Assembly (NCBI GenBank): GCA_964545575.1
Contig: CAZJFL010000004.1
Span: 9,512-73,511 of the forward strand
DNA length: 64,000 nucleotides
Reading direction: 5' to 3'
DNA from: an uncultured Planctomycetales bacterium
GTDB taxonomy: Bacteria; Omnitrophota; Gorgyraeia; Gygaellales; Profunditerraquicolaceae
Positions 47,033 through 55,223 of the stretch are shown here, in pieces. Position 1 is the first letter of the stretch. Each line of letters begins with the position of its first letter. The position numbers were made by a program, and so were the translations under genes. The notes beneath the pieces were generated by a model that saw only the letters and a program-made list of their open reading frames with translations, made no database searches and was not told the origin of the DNA.

Positions 47033-48300
47033 GCCGAGGGTTCATTAACCCTTCCTAAAAACAAAATATTCCCTGTTTTTTTCTGTTCTATGATGAATAT
47101 AAATGGGTGGTCTGCTTTGAATATTTTTGGTTCTTCTGGTATAGATACACATTCCTGCATAATCACCGCTGTTGCTGCTGCTGCTTCAGTCCCCTCTTCA
47201 TTCACTTCCACAAATGCCTGATGAATTACCTGGTCTATATTCAATCGTTTATTGCCGGTCATCCCTGAAAAATCTGCTTCCTCTCCAAAATCAATACCTA
47301 GTGTAAAGGCTGTCGGCATACCCATCTCTGCAAGGTCTTTAGCCATAAAATACTCGGTTTCAAATTTAAATTTGGGTATATATACCTTAACTTCCCGTTC
47401 GTGGAGGCCTTTTCTCCATTCAGAAAGCTTTTCGGTAGTCAAAGATTCTTCTAAAGTTTTTAGATCGCCGCTCTTGGGAAGAAGGATAAGCATTGATAAA
47501 TCCCGCCCTTTGTAAGGAAGCTCCAGAATCTGTATTTGGTCATTCTCAAAATAACCGAGTTCTTCTATTTTAGCCAGATGCATCATTTGAACTTTAGCCG
47601 ATCTCTCAGGAGTGACCTTAAAATCTTCCTCTTTTGTAAGTTTAGGGTCGAATTGTTTAAACCACTTTCCTTTAAAATAAATGGCATTAGTGAGAATAAG
47701 ACGCGTCAAACCATTGATTACTCCAGATGGAATTAAGTCTTTTATCCTCTTATTTGTGCGCTCCTCTACCCAGTTATTTATAGTCAGGCGGGATGGCTCA
47801 GGCTCGCGAATAAAATCAAGGTTAGTCACCTTACCGCCGTAATATTTATCAATGAGATTAAAGTATTCCGGAAGAAATTGGTAATCTTTCTCTGCCCAAA
47901 GGGCATTTGCAGTCGATAGGATATAATCTTTATCTTTTTTATTTATTTCATTATAAATCTCCGTAAAAGCGTTCCTTCGTACATTGTCATCTATCGGAAA
48001 ATGAAAAACCGCCTGAATCTCTTCTTGGGTCTTACCCCGCGCTCCTTCATAAGCCATGGCTAAAGCAGTTGAAATACTATATGGCGAGAAGAATATATTG
48101 CCTTCTTTTGATTTATATTTCGCGTATAAATCAAAGGCGAACTGGTTGTTGGCCGATACTATGTCCGTGACACTAACAGGACTCGCAGCATTATTGCTCG
48201 TCTGTGAAAAGGCGGGATTAGGAAATAAGAGAACGGGAATAAAAAGCAAAATAATAAATAGTGACTTTTTAGACATACATACCTCCTGTTTTAGCCGCAT
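47029..48300 (-). CDS. Serpin (serine protease inhibitor) with signal peptide
   Basis: Full serpin core: NAIYFKGKW, hinge/RCL region, C-terminal FKADHPFIFIIE...ILFLGRV. Confidence 0.85.
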   Translation of the reverse strand: MRLKQEVCMSKKSLFIILLFIPVLLFPNPAFSQTSNNAASPVSVTDIVSANNQFAFDLYAKYKSKEGNIFFSPYSISTALAMAYEGARGKTQEEIQAVFHFPIDDNVRRNAFTEIYNEINKKDKDYILSTANALWAEKDYQFLPEYFNLIDKYYGGKVTNLDFIREPEPSRLTINNWVEERTNKRIKDLIPSGVINGLTRLILTNAIYFKGKWFKQFDPKLTKEEDFKVTPERSAKVQMMHLAKIEELGYFENDQIQILELPYKGRDLSMLILLPKSGDLKTLEESLTTEKLSEWRKGLHEREVKVYIPKFKFETEYFMAKDLAEMGMPTAFTLGIDFGEEADFSGMTGNKRLNIDQVIHQAFVEVNEEGTEAAAATAVIMQECVSIPEEPKIFKADHPFIFIIEQKKTGNILFLGRVNEPSA

Positions 48301-48456
48301 TTTGCGGGGGGATTGCTTACTAGCGGGTGACGGACGAGACGAAGGCCTTGCCGCGCGCAGCGTAAGCGAGCTTAGGCAGAGGTGGCTCGGCCGGCAGGAC
48401 CCGCTAAGCAGTTCAGACCCGCAAAATCTATAAAGAATGGATAAAAATTTTTACAA

Positions 48457-49329
48457 TCAGGCGCGCGGATGCGCTTTGTCGTAAACGCTCTTTAATCTAT
48501 CCGTCGTCAGATGCGTATAAATCTGGGTGGTGGAAAGATTCGCATGGCCTAGAAGCTCCTGCACGCTCCTTAAATCCGCCCCGCGGTTTAAAAGATGGGT
48601 GGCAAATGAGTGCCTTAGCGTATGCGGCGATACCCCCCCTTTGAGACCGGCCAGATGTATATATTTACCCACTATGCCTCTTACCCCGCGGTCAGTAATG
48701 CGTTTTCCGTTTTTATTTAAAAAAACCGCCTTGGCCTGCTTTTTTCTTTTATTGAGATAATTTCCGATGGAAGTAAGCGCGGCCTCGCCTATCGGCGCGA
48801 TGCGCTCTTTCTTGCCCTTGCCCAAAACCTTAACTACGCCTGAGATAAAATCCACATCGTCAATACTTAAACCGACCAGCTCAGAAATACGTATGCCGGT
48901 GGAATAAAATGTCTCTAAAATCGCCCGGTCGCGCAAACTGCGCTCATCTACTTTCTTATTGATAAAGGTAGCGTTGATTAAACGCGTGACTTCTTCTTCG
49001 GTAAGAAACTGCGGCAGGTGTTTATCGGGCTTGGGGCTGGAAAGGATAAGAATGGGGTTAGTCTTAAGGTAGCCTTCGCGGGTAAGGAACCTAAAAAATG
49101 ACCTTAAAGTAGAAAGGTGGCGTAAGACGCTCCTGGTACCTAAGGTTTTTTCTTTTAAAACCGCCAGATACTTTCTTAAAAGCAGGTAATCTATTTTTTC
49201 CAGCGGTATTTCGCCTAAGAACTTATTGAAGCCGCTTAAATCGAGACGGTAATTAAGAATGGTGTGCTTTGAGTAATTTTTTTCGATTTCCAGATAGCGG
49301 ATGAACTTTTCCGTAAAACGGTCGATCAT
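48457..49329 (-). CDS. xerD: Tyrosine recombinase XerC/XerD
   Basis: R..HxxR..Y catalytic tetrad (HTLRHSFATHLL, LGHANLSTTQIYTHL), N-terminal SAM-like domain; 290 aa. Confidence 0.88.
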   Translation of the reverse strand: MIDRFTEKFIRYLEIEKNYSKHTILNYRLDLSGFNKFLGEIPLEKIDYLLLRKYLAVLKEKTLGTRSVLRHLSTLRSFFRFLTREGYLKTNPILILSSPKPDKHLPQFLTEEEVTRLINATFINKKVDERSLRDRAILETFYSTGIRISELVGLSIDDVDFISGVVKVLGKGKKERIAPIGEAALTSIGNYLNKRKKQAKAVFLNKNGKRITDRGVRGIVGKYIHLAGLKGGVSPHTLRHSFATHLLNRGADLRSVQELLGHANLSTTQIYTHLTTDRLKSVYDKAHPRA

Positions 49330-51323
49330 TTAGCTTTTTCCTCTGGAAGGGTACGCGAGGTAAACCTGCATTTGGGGAAATTTGAACAACCGTAGAAGAA
49401 TCCGCGCTTTGAGCGCCTTTCAATTAATTCGCCGCCGCATAGGGCTTCAGGGCATTTGACGCCGGTAGTAATGGATTTAGAAAACGCGCATTGCGGGTAA
49501 TCTGAGCAGCTCAAGAATTTTCCCCGGCGGCCCCACTTGATCACCATCGGCTTGCCGCATTTCTCGCAGACCTCTTCAGTATACACCACTTCTTTTTTAA
49601 TATTGGCCTGCGCAAAATCGAGGCTTACCTTAAAAGGCTGGTAAAAATCCTGCAAAACTTTTATTTTATCAATTTTTCCCTCGGCAATCTCATCCAGCTC
49701 TTCTTCCATCAGCGCGGTAAATTTTTCATCCATAATCTTGGGGAAGTACTCCACGAGCATCTCGCAAACCTTAAATCCCAGCTCGGTGGGATGAAAATAG
49801 CTCCTGATGCGGCGGGCGTAATCGCGTTGAATGAGCGTATAAATAATAGGCGCGTAAGTGGAGGGCCGGCCAATGCCGTCTTCTTCCAGGGACTTGACCA
49901 AAGAACTGTCGGAGAATCTCGCCGGAGGCTTGGTAAAATGCTGCGAGGGAATTAATTTAACTAAATCTAGGATATCTCCCTGAGCCAGCGGCGGAATAAT
50001 ATTCTTTTCTTTCTCGTCATTATTATTTTTGTTATATACTTTGGCAAAGCCGGCAAAGATAAGCTTGCTTCCTGAAGCGGTAAACAGGTATTTTTCGGCA
50101 TTGATATTTACCGTAGTGACAGAATAAAGTGCCGGCGTCATCTGGCTAGCCAGAAAACGATTATAAATCAAAGCGTATAATTTATACTGGTCTTCACTTA
50201 AAAAAGTTTTCAGGTTTTCGGGAGAATGGTCTGCTAAAGAAGGCCTGATGGCTTCATGCGCCTCCTGGGCAAACTTCTTGGCCTTATAAACATTGGGTGT
50301 TTTGGGCAGATAATCCTTGCCGAATTCTTTCGTAATCAGGTGCCTTATTTCTTTCAAGGCAATGGCAGAAACATTGGTAGAATCCGTGCGCATATAGGTA
50401 ATTAAACCCGTAGGACCTTCCTTGCCGATATCAACACCTTCGTATAACTCCTGCGCCACCATCATGGTCTTCCTGCCGTTAAAGCCCAATTTATTAAAGG
50501 CTTCCTGCTGCAGGGTGCTGGTAATAAAGGGCGGGTCGGGGTAACGTCTTTTTTCTGTATTTTTAATCTCGGAAACTACAAATTTCTTTCCGTCTATATC
50601 TACCACTATCCTGTCGGCTTCTGTTTTATTTGTTATCTTGGCCTTTTTGTCGGCAATTTTATCTAACTTGGCGGTGAACGAACTCTGAACTCTGAACTCT
50701 GAACTCTGAACTTTCTTTAACTCTACCTCGACCTCCCAATATTCCCGGGGGGTAAAGTTTTTAATCTGTTTTTCGCGGTCGATAATCAGTTTTAAAGCCA
50801 CAGACTGCACGCGCCCCGCGCTTAAGCCGCGCACGATCTTCTTCCACAATAAAGGGCTTAAGAAATAGCCCACAATTCTATCCAGTATCCTGCGGCCTGC
50901 CTGCGCTTCAATTAACTTCGTATCAAAATCGCGCGGCTTCCCAAAAGCTTCTTTTACTGCGCTAGGCGTAATCTCATGAAAGACTACCCGCAAAACTTTC
51001 TTTCCCTTAAATAACCTCTCCCTAAGCTGCCAACCGATAGCCTCGCCCTCCCGGTCAGGGTCAGTGGCAACATAAATGCACTCTGCATCCTTGGCGTCTT
51101 TTTTTAGAGCGGTTAATACCTTTTGCCTTCCCGAAATCACCACATATTCCGGCTTAAAATCTGCTTCTATATCCACGCCTAAGGTGGTCTTAGGTAGATC
51201 GATCAGATGCCCCATAGAGGAGACCACCGTAAACTTATCGCCGAGTATCTTGCCTATGGTTTTAGCTTTAGTAGGCGACTCCACAATGACTAAACTTTTC
51301 TTACTCATTTTAATTCCTGACAA
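49326..51323 (-). CDS. topA: DNA topoisomerase I with C-terminal Zn ribbons
   Basis: Toprim N-terminus (VIVESPTKAKTI), catalytic Tyr region, C4 ribbons; carries an in-frame GAACTCT heptad insertion (QSSEFRVQSS). Confidence 0.9.
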   Translation of the reverse strand: MSGIKMSKKSLVIVESPTKAKTIGKILGDKFTVVSSMGHLIDLPKTTLGVDIEADFKPEYVVISGRQKVLTALKKDAKDAECIYVATDPDREGEAIGWQLRERLFKGKKVLRVVFHEITPSAVKEAFGKPRDFDTKLIEAQAGRRILDRIVGYFLSPLLWKKIVRGLSAGRVQSVALKLIIDREKQIKNFTPREYWEVEVELKKVQSSEFRVQSSFTAKLDKIADKKAKITNKTEADRIVVDIDGKKFVVSEIKNTEKRRYPDPPFITSTLQQEAFNKLGFNGRKTMMVAQELYEGVDIGKEGPTGLITYMRTDSTNVSAIALKEIRHLITKEFGKDYLPKTPNVYKAKKFAQEAHEAIRPSLADHSPENLKTFLSEDQYKLYALIYNRFLASQMTPALYSVTTVNINAEKYLFTASGSKLIFAGFAKVYNKNNNDEKEKNIIPPLAQGDILDLVKLIPSQHFTKPPARFSDSSLVKSLEEDGIGRPSTYAPIIYTLIQRDYARRIRSYFHPTELGFKVCEMLVEYFPKIMDEKFTALMEEELDEIAEGKIDKIKVLQDFYQPFKVSLDFAQANIKKEVVYTEEVCEKCGKPMVIKWGRRGKFLSCSDYPQCAFSKSITTGVKCPEALCGGELIERRSKRGFFYGCSNFPKCRFTSRTLPEEKAK
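50677..50716. repeat. GAACTCT heptad array (about 5 units) without the core palindrome, in-frame inside topA
   Basis: Same heptad as the family 1 element flanks. Confidence 0.85.
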
Positions 51324-52401
51324 ATTGCTTTCCGGGAAGCTGCCGGATTAATTTCTTTATCTGTAATGCTAAAAGCATACTGGAAATCGCGGGAATGTCA
51401 AGGTGTGTCTTTTCTATAATCTCATCTAAATCGACCGGACCGGAGGCTATCGCCTCATATAAAATTGCTTCCTGATTGGCTAATCCGGCGCTAAACGTCT
51501 GCGGGGCTGACTCCTCCTGCACGCATCCCTGCGGGTTAAAATTAAATTCCTCTATAATATCATCCGCGCAGGAAACTAACTTTGCCCCTTGCTTGATTAA
51601 TTCATTAGGCCCAAAAGAAGTGCCGGAATCTACCTTGCCGGGCAGAGCAAAAACTTCCCGGCCCTGTTCCAAGGCAAAATCCGCGGTGATTAAAGCGCCG
51701 CTGTTTCTAGCCGCTTCTACAACGAGCGTGCCTAAACTTAACCCGCTGATTAAGCGATTACGGCGGGGGAAATTATGCTTTAGCGGCTCGGCATTCATGG
51801 GGAACTCCGAAATCACCGCGCCGTTTCCTGAAATTTCCTCTACTAGTTTTTTATTTTCCTCAGGATAGATATGCTTAAAACCGCTGCCCATTACGGCAAT
51901 GGTGCGGCCTCCCTGCTTTAGCGCGCCTTTGTGGGCATAGGTGTCTATGCCGCGCGCCATACCCGAGACAATAGTAAAGCCTCTGGCGGATAACTCCGCG
52001 GCAAATTTCTCAGCCGAAGAAAGGCCATAATATGAGGCGCGGCGGGAGCCGACAATGGCAATACTCAAAGTGTCTATGGCTTTCAATTCCCCTTTTACAT
52101 AGAGCACAATCGGCGGGTCGAAAATATTTTTTAAATTAGAGGGGTAATCGCTATCATCCGGCGTAATAATTTTTAGCTTAAGTTTAGCGGCTGCCACGAG
52201 TTCGTTATCGATATCTTTCTCGCCTATAGACTTTATACCGCTGGAGATATTTCCTCCGATGCCGTAGACCATAGACAATCTTTCCTGCGGAGCGTTTAAA
52301 ATATTCTCCGGCGTGCCGAAATATTCCAATAATTTATTCAGCCTGATCGTGCCGATATCATAAGTCAAGTTCAGGCCGATCAACGCTTGGAGTCTGGTCA
52401 T
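51310..52401 (-). CDS. dprA: DNA processing protein DprA (Smf)
   Basis: Rossmann-like DprA core with GMARGIDTYAH. Confidence 0.88.
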   Translation of the reverse strand: MTRLQALIGLNLTYDIGTIRLNKLLEYFGTPENILNAPQERLSMVYGIGGNISSGIKSIGEKDIDNELVAAAKLKLKIITPDDSDYPSNLKNIFDPPIVLYVKGELKAIDTLSIAIVGSRRASYYGLSSAEKFAAELSARGFTIVSGMARGIDTYAHKGALKQGGRTIAVMGSGFKHIYPEENKKLVEEISGNGAVISEFPMNAEPLKHNFPRRNRLISGLSLGTLVVEAARNSGALITADFALEQGREVFALPGKVDSGTSFGPNELIKQGAKLVSCADDIIEEFNFNPQGCVQEESAPQTFSAGLANQEAILYEAIASGPVDLDEIIEKTHLDIPAISSMLLALQIKKLIRQLPGKQFVRN

Positions 52402-52961
52402 TTCTTTTGGGTTATTAGTTTAGCGATCTTAGCTACTACTTCCTTCACGGTAATTCTGGAGGTATCGATAACCTTATCGGCTTGGGCATAATAAGGGGCG
52501 CGCAATTTTAATAACAACTTTATCTGTTTTTTTGGATTAGGCACGTTTAAGAGCGGGCGATACCCGAACTTAAAAGTTCTTTTCCAGATTATGTCGGGCC
52601 TGGCGGTTAGACAAATCATCTTCCCGCTTGCTTTCATAGTTTTGACGTTATCCGGATCAACCACAATCCCACCGCCGCAAGCCACCACAAAATTTTTCTC
52701 TTTAGCTACCTCTTTTAAAAGGCGCCTTTCTATTTTGCGAAAATAGGGTTCCCCTTCTTTGGCAAATATCTCGGTGATGAGGCGCTTTTCTTTTAACTCG
52801 ATCAATTCGTCTAAATCCAGGAAACGCCATTTTTTCTTTTTAGCCAGTTCCCGGCCGACCGCGGTCTTGCCCGTACCCATGAATCCCACTAAATAAATAT
52901 TATTCATCTTTAGGGACACCCTTTCTGCCAAAGCTAAGGGTGTCCCCCTTAACTTTGACAC
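52398..52961 (-). CDS. aroK: Shikimate kinase
   Basis: P-loop GFMGTGKT; likely true start at MNNIYLVG (~52907). Confidence 0.85.
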   Translation of the reverse strand: MSKLRGTPLALAERVSLKMNNIYLVGFMGTGKTAVGRELAKKKKWRFLDLDELIELKEKRLITEIFAKEGEPYFRKIERRLLKEVAKEKNFVVACGGGIVVDPDNVKTMKASGKMICLTARPDIIWKRTFKFGYRPLLNVPNPKKQIKLLLKLRAPYYAQADKVIDTSRITVKEVVAKIAKLITQKK

Positions 52962-52998
52962 AGAGACACCCTCCCGATTAGCAGAAAGGGTGTCCCTG
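52915..52998. promoter_or_regulatory. Nested inverted repeats GGGACACCCTTTCTGC ... GGGTGTCCC ... GACACCC ... GCAGAAAGGGTGTCCC able to form alternative hairpins; candidate attenuator between spoVG and aroK
   Basis: 16-bp perfect outer IR plus internal 9-bp complementary segments, seen directly. Confidence 0.5.
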
Positions 52999-53005
52999 TT
53001 ATTAA

Positions 53006-53269
53006 TTACTCTTCGTATGCGGTCAAAACCAGATCATTGAGGCTCGCCCGTGCTTCTTTGGTCACCGGATAAAAAGAGTTATACCATTTACCGTCTTTGG
53101 ATTTCTCCTGCGGCATGGCCAGAAATAACCCCTTTTGCCCCTTTACGATACGCAGGCCTTTGACGATGTAATCGCCGATAGAAACATCCACAAAAGCCTT
53201 GGTTTTGGAGTCGCCGTCAAAGCGATGCAGCCGTACTACTTTTAAGCCCTCTTCTGCCATCTCAATCAC
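53006..53269 (-). CDS. spoVG: SpoVG family protein
   Basis: Matches the SpoVG core (VDVSIGDYIVKGLRIVKGQKGLFLAMPQEKSKDGKW). Confidence 0.8.
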   Translation of the reverse strand: MIEMAEEGLKVVRLHRFDGDSKTKAFVDVSIGDYIVKGLRIVKGQKGLFLAMPQEKSKDGKWYNSFYPVTKEARASLNDLVLTAYEE

Positions 53270-53382
53270 CCCCTTCTATAATCTCCCGCCTTTGGCGGGA
53301 TAAGTTCGGACATATGATTTACGTTCGCTAGCGCTCCGTAAATCATGCCCTCACTTATAATAGACGAAGGGGGCGACGTTTT

Positions 53383-54423
53383 CTAACTGATTCTTTTCAG
53401 GTAATTCTTATACGCTTCCTTTATATCTTTCAGCGAATCCGAGCCGAATTTCTCTAACAATGCACCGGCTAAGACATAAGCGCAGGCGCCTTCCGCTACT
53501 ACGCCGGCGGCCTGCACCACGCAGATATCCGACCGCTCGGTGCTGGCTCTGGCGGCTTTCTTAGTGGAGATATTTACGGAAACAAGCGGCTCCATCAGGG
53601 TACAAATCGGCTTCATACAGGCGCGTAAAATTATCTCTTGGCCGTTAGAAATACCTCCCTCTATCCCGCCGGCATTATTGGTCTTGCGAAAATACCCCTT
53701 GCCTTTTTTATAGTAAATCGCATCGTGCGCTTCCGAGCCAAAGACACCGGCATAACCAAAGCCTAAACCGATTTCTACTGCCTTGATGCCGGGGATAGAC
53801 ATTATCTCTCCTGCCAGGCGGCTATCCAGGCGCCGGTCAGGCTGGACATAGCTACCCAGGCCAACCAATACGCCCTGGGCCTTAACTTCAAAAATCCCTC
53901 CCACCGTATCTTTAGCTGCGATAGCCTGGGTGATTTTCTCGCGCATCCCCCAGGAAGAAGCCTCGCCCCCGATAGATAATACTCTGCTGGTAATCCTGAT
54001 TTTAAACTCATAGAGCAGCATTTTGCAGATTGCGCCAATACCGACGGTGGCGGCCGTACTTCTGGCGGAAGCGCGCTCCAGCACTTCCCGCGCATCGCTA
54101 AAACCATATTTCAATAATCCCGCCAAATCCGCATGCCCCGGCCGGGGACAGACTACTTGCTTTAAATTCTGGAGGCTGGAATCTTTATTTTCTATCAGCA
54201 GCGCCAGAGGGCTGCCTAAAGTGATATTGTTCTTCAGGCCAGAAATAATCTGGGCACTGTCTTTCTCAATCTGCATGCGCTTGCCGCGGCCAAAGCCCGC
54301 TTGCCGGCGTTTTAATTCTTCATTGATGCGGTTAGTATCCACCTTCAGGCCTGCCGGCATGCCTTCTAATATAGCGACCAAACCCTCACCGTGCGATTCT
54401 CCTGCGGTTAAGTATCTAAGCAT
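53383..54423 (-). CDS. aroC: Chorismate synthase
   Basis: N-terminal LTAGESHG signature and full AroC length (346 aa). Confidence 0.9.
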   Translation of the reverse strand: MLRYLTAGESHGEGLVAILEGMPAGLKVDTNRINEELKRRQAGFGRGKRMQIEKDSAQIISGLKNNITLGSPLALLIENKDSSLQNLKQVVCPRPGHADLAGLLKYGFSDAREVLERASARSTAATVGIGAICKMLLYEFKIRITSRVLSIGGEASSWGMREKITQAIAAKDTVGGIFEVKAQGVLVGLGSYVQPDRRLDSRLAGEIMSIPGIKAVEIGLGFGYAGVFGSEAHDAIYYKKGKGYFRKTNNAGGIEGGISNGQEIILRACMKPICTLMEPLVSVNISTKKAARASTERSDICVVQAAGVVAEGACAYVLAGALLEKFGSDSLKDIKEAYKNYLKRIS

Positions 54424-54435
54424 CGCTACCTCCTG

Positions 54436-55008
54436 TTATTTCCACAGGCCGCGCTTATTGGCGCGGGCCTCCTGGTATAACTTTAAAAATAAATCCGCGT
54501 ATTTTACGTTAGGCGGAAAAGTCATTAAAGAGGCGTAACCTGCCTTGACTATTTCGGCGTTCACGAAGGTCTGCTGCTTATCTTTTAAGAAGACATAGGC
54601 CAGCAGCCTGCCGTACCTGTCGTGCCTCTCTACGTCAAACTCTAAGCTTACGCGCTTTCCTTCCACCAGGTCTCTGGTGAACAGATAAGAACGTTTTCCC
54701 AATTCCTGGATGGTGCGTTTATTCTCTCCGGATCTCTGGCTATCCCTGTCCAATTTATCCGATTCGTGCATCTCCGGCGTATCTATTCCGATTAACCGCA
54801 CCCTCTCCCCGTTTTCCAGTACTAAAGTATCGCCGTCAACCGCTCTTTTGACCAGAATATTGGTGTAATCATAGTTTTTGCCGAACGGTATGGTAAAGGT
54901 ATAGTTAGAATAATGGATATTTGTCGGCTCTTCGGCGTAAAGATAGAGCCCGGCGGTAAGCAGTAATCCCATAAAGACAAAAATTACTTTTTTCATATTA
55001 CCCCCCAT
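54436..55008 (-). CDS. Secreted thermonuclease (staphylococcal nuclease-like, SNase)
   Basis: Signal peptide; SNase catalytic region VDGDTL...RLIGIDTPE...YGRLLAYV. Confidence 0.8.
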   Translation of the reverse strand: MGGNMKKVIFVFMGLLLTAGLYLYAEEPTNIHYSNYTFTIPFGKNYDYTNILVKRAVDGDTLVLENGERVRLIGIDTPEMHESDKLDRDSQRSGENKRTIQELGKRSYLFTRDLVEGKRVSLEFDVERHDRYGRLLAYVFLKDKQQTFVNAEIVKAGYASLMTFPPNVKYADLFLKLYQEARANKRGLWK

Positions 55009-55107
55009 TTTTATCTGTTATGAGGTTTAAAACCTCGCCCTCATAACTATCACTATAATACTATTTTTATTAGATAAATCAATGATTTTAGATTATAATA
55101 ATAAAAG

Positions 55108-55220
55108 CCGTAACTCGTACGCTCGTAACTAGTAACTCGTAATCCAGGTCCCAAAAAAACATTTCTGCCGTAAGGCTTTAAAAATTACTAGTTACGAGTT
55201 ACTAAATTACTAGTTACTAA
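55108..55220. promoter_or_regulatory. Imperfect ~30-bp inverted repeats built from GTAACT(C/A)GTAA units flanking a 43-bp A-rich spacer, immediately 5' of the helicase start codon
   Basis: ccgtaactcgtacgctcgtaactagtaactcgtaa ... ttactagttacgagttactaaattactagttactaa. Confidence 0.6.
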
Positions 55221-55223
55221 ATT

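Noticed and set aside
48457-49329. Tyrosine recombinase as a marker of an integrated island
   Set aside because: The domain layout and the xerD-topA-dprA neighbourhood are typical of housekeeping XerC/D. No flanking tRNA or att repeats; adjacent genes are core functions.
50677-50716. Possible CRISPR-like array (repeated GAACTCT units and recurring palindromes)
   Set aside because: Units are only 7 bp and contiguous with no spacers. Palindrome copies are dispersed over 40 kb and mostly inside genes. No cas genes are present.
53296-53320. Hairpin CCCGCCTTTGGCGGG downstream of aroC as an intrinsic terminator
   Set aside because: No U-tract follows on the transcribed strand, so terminator assignment is unsupported. 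May still be a minor stem-loop.
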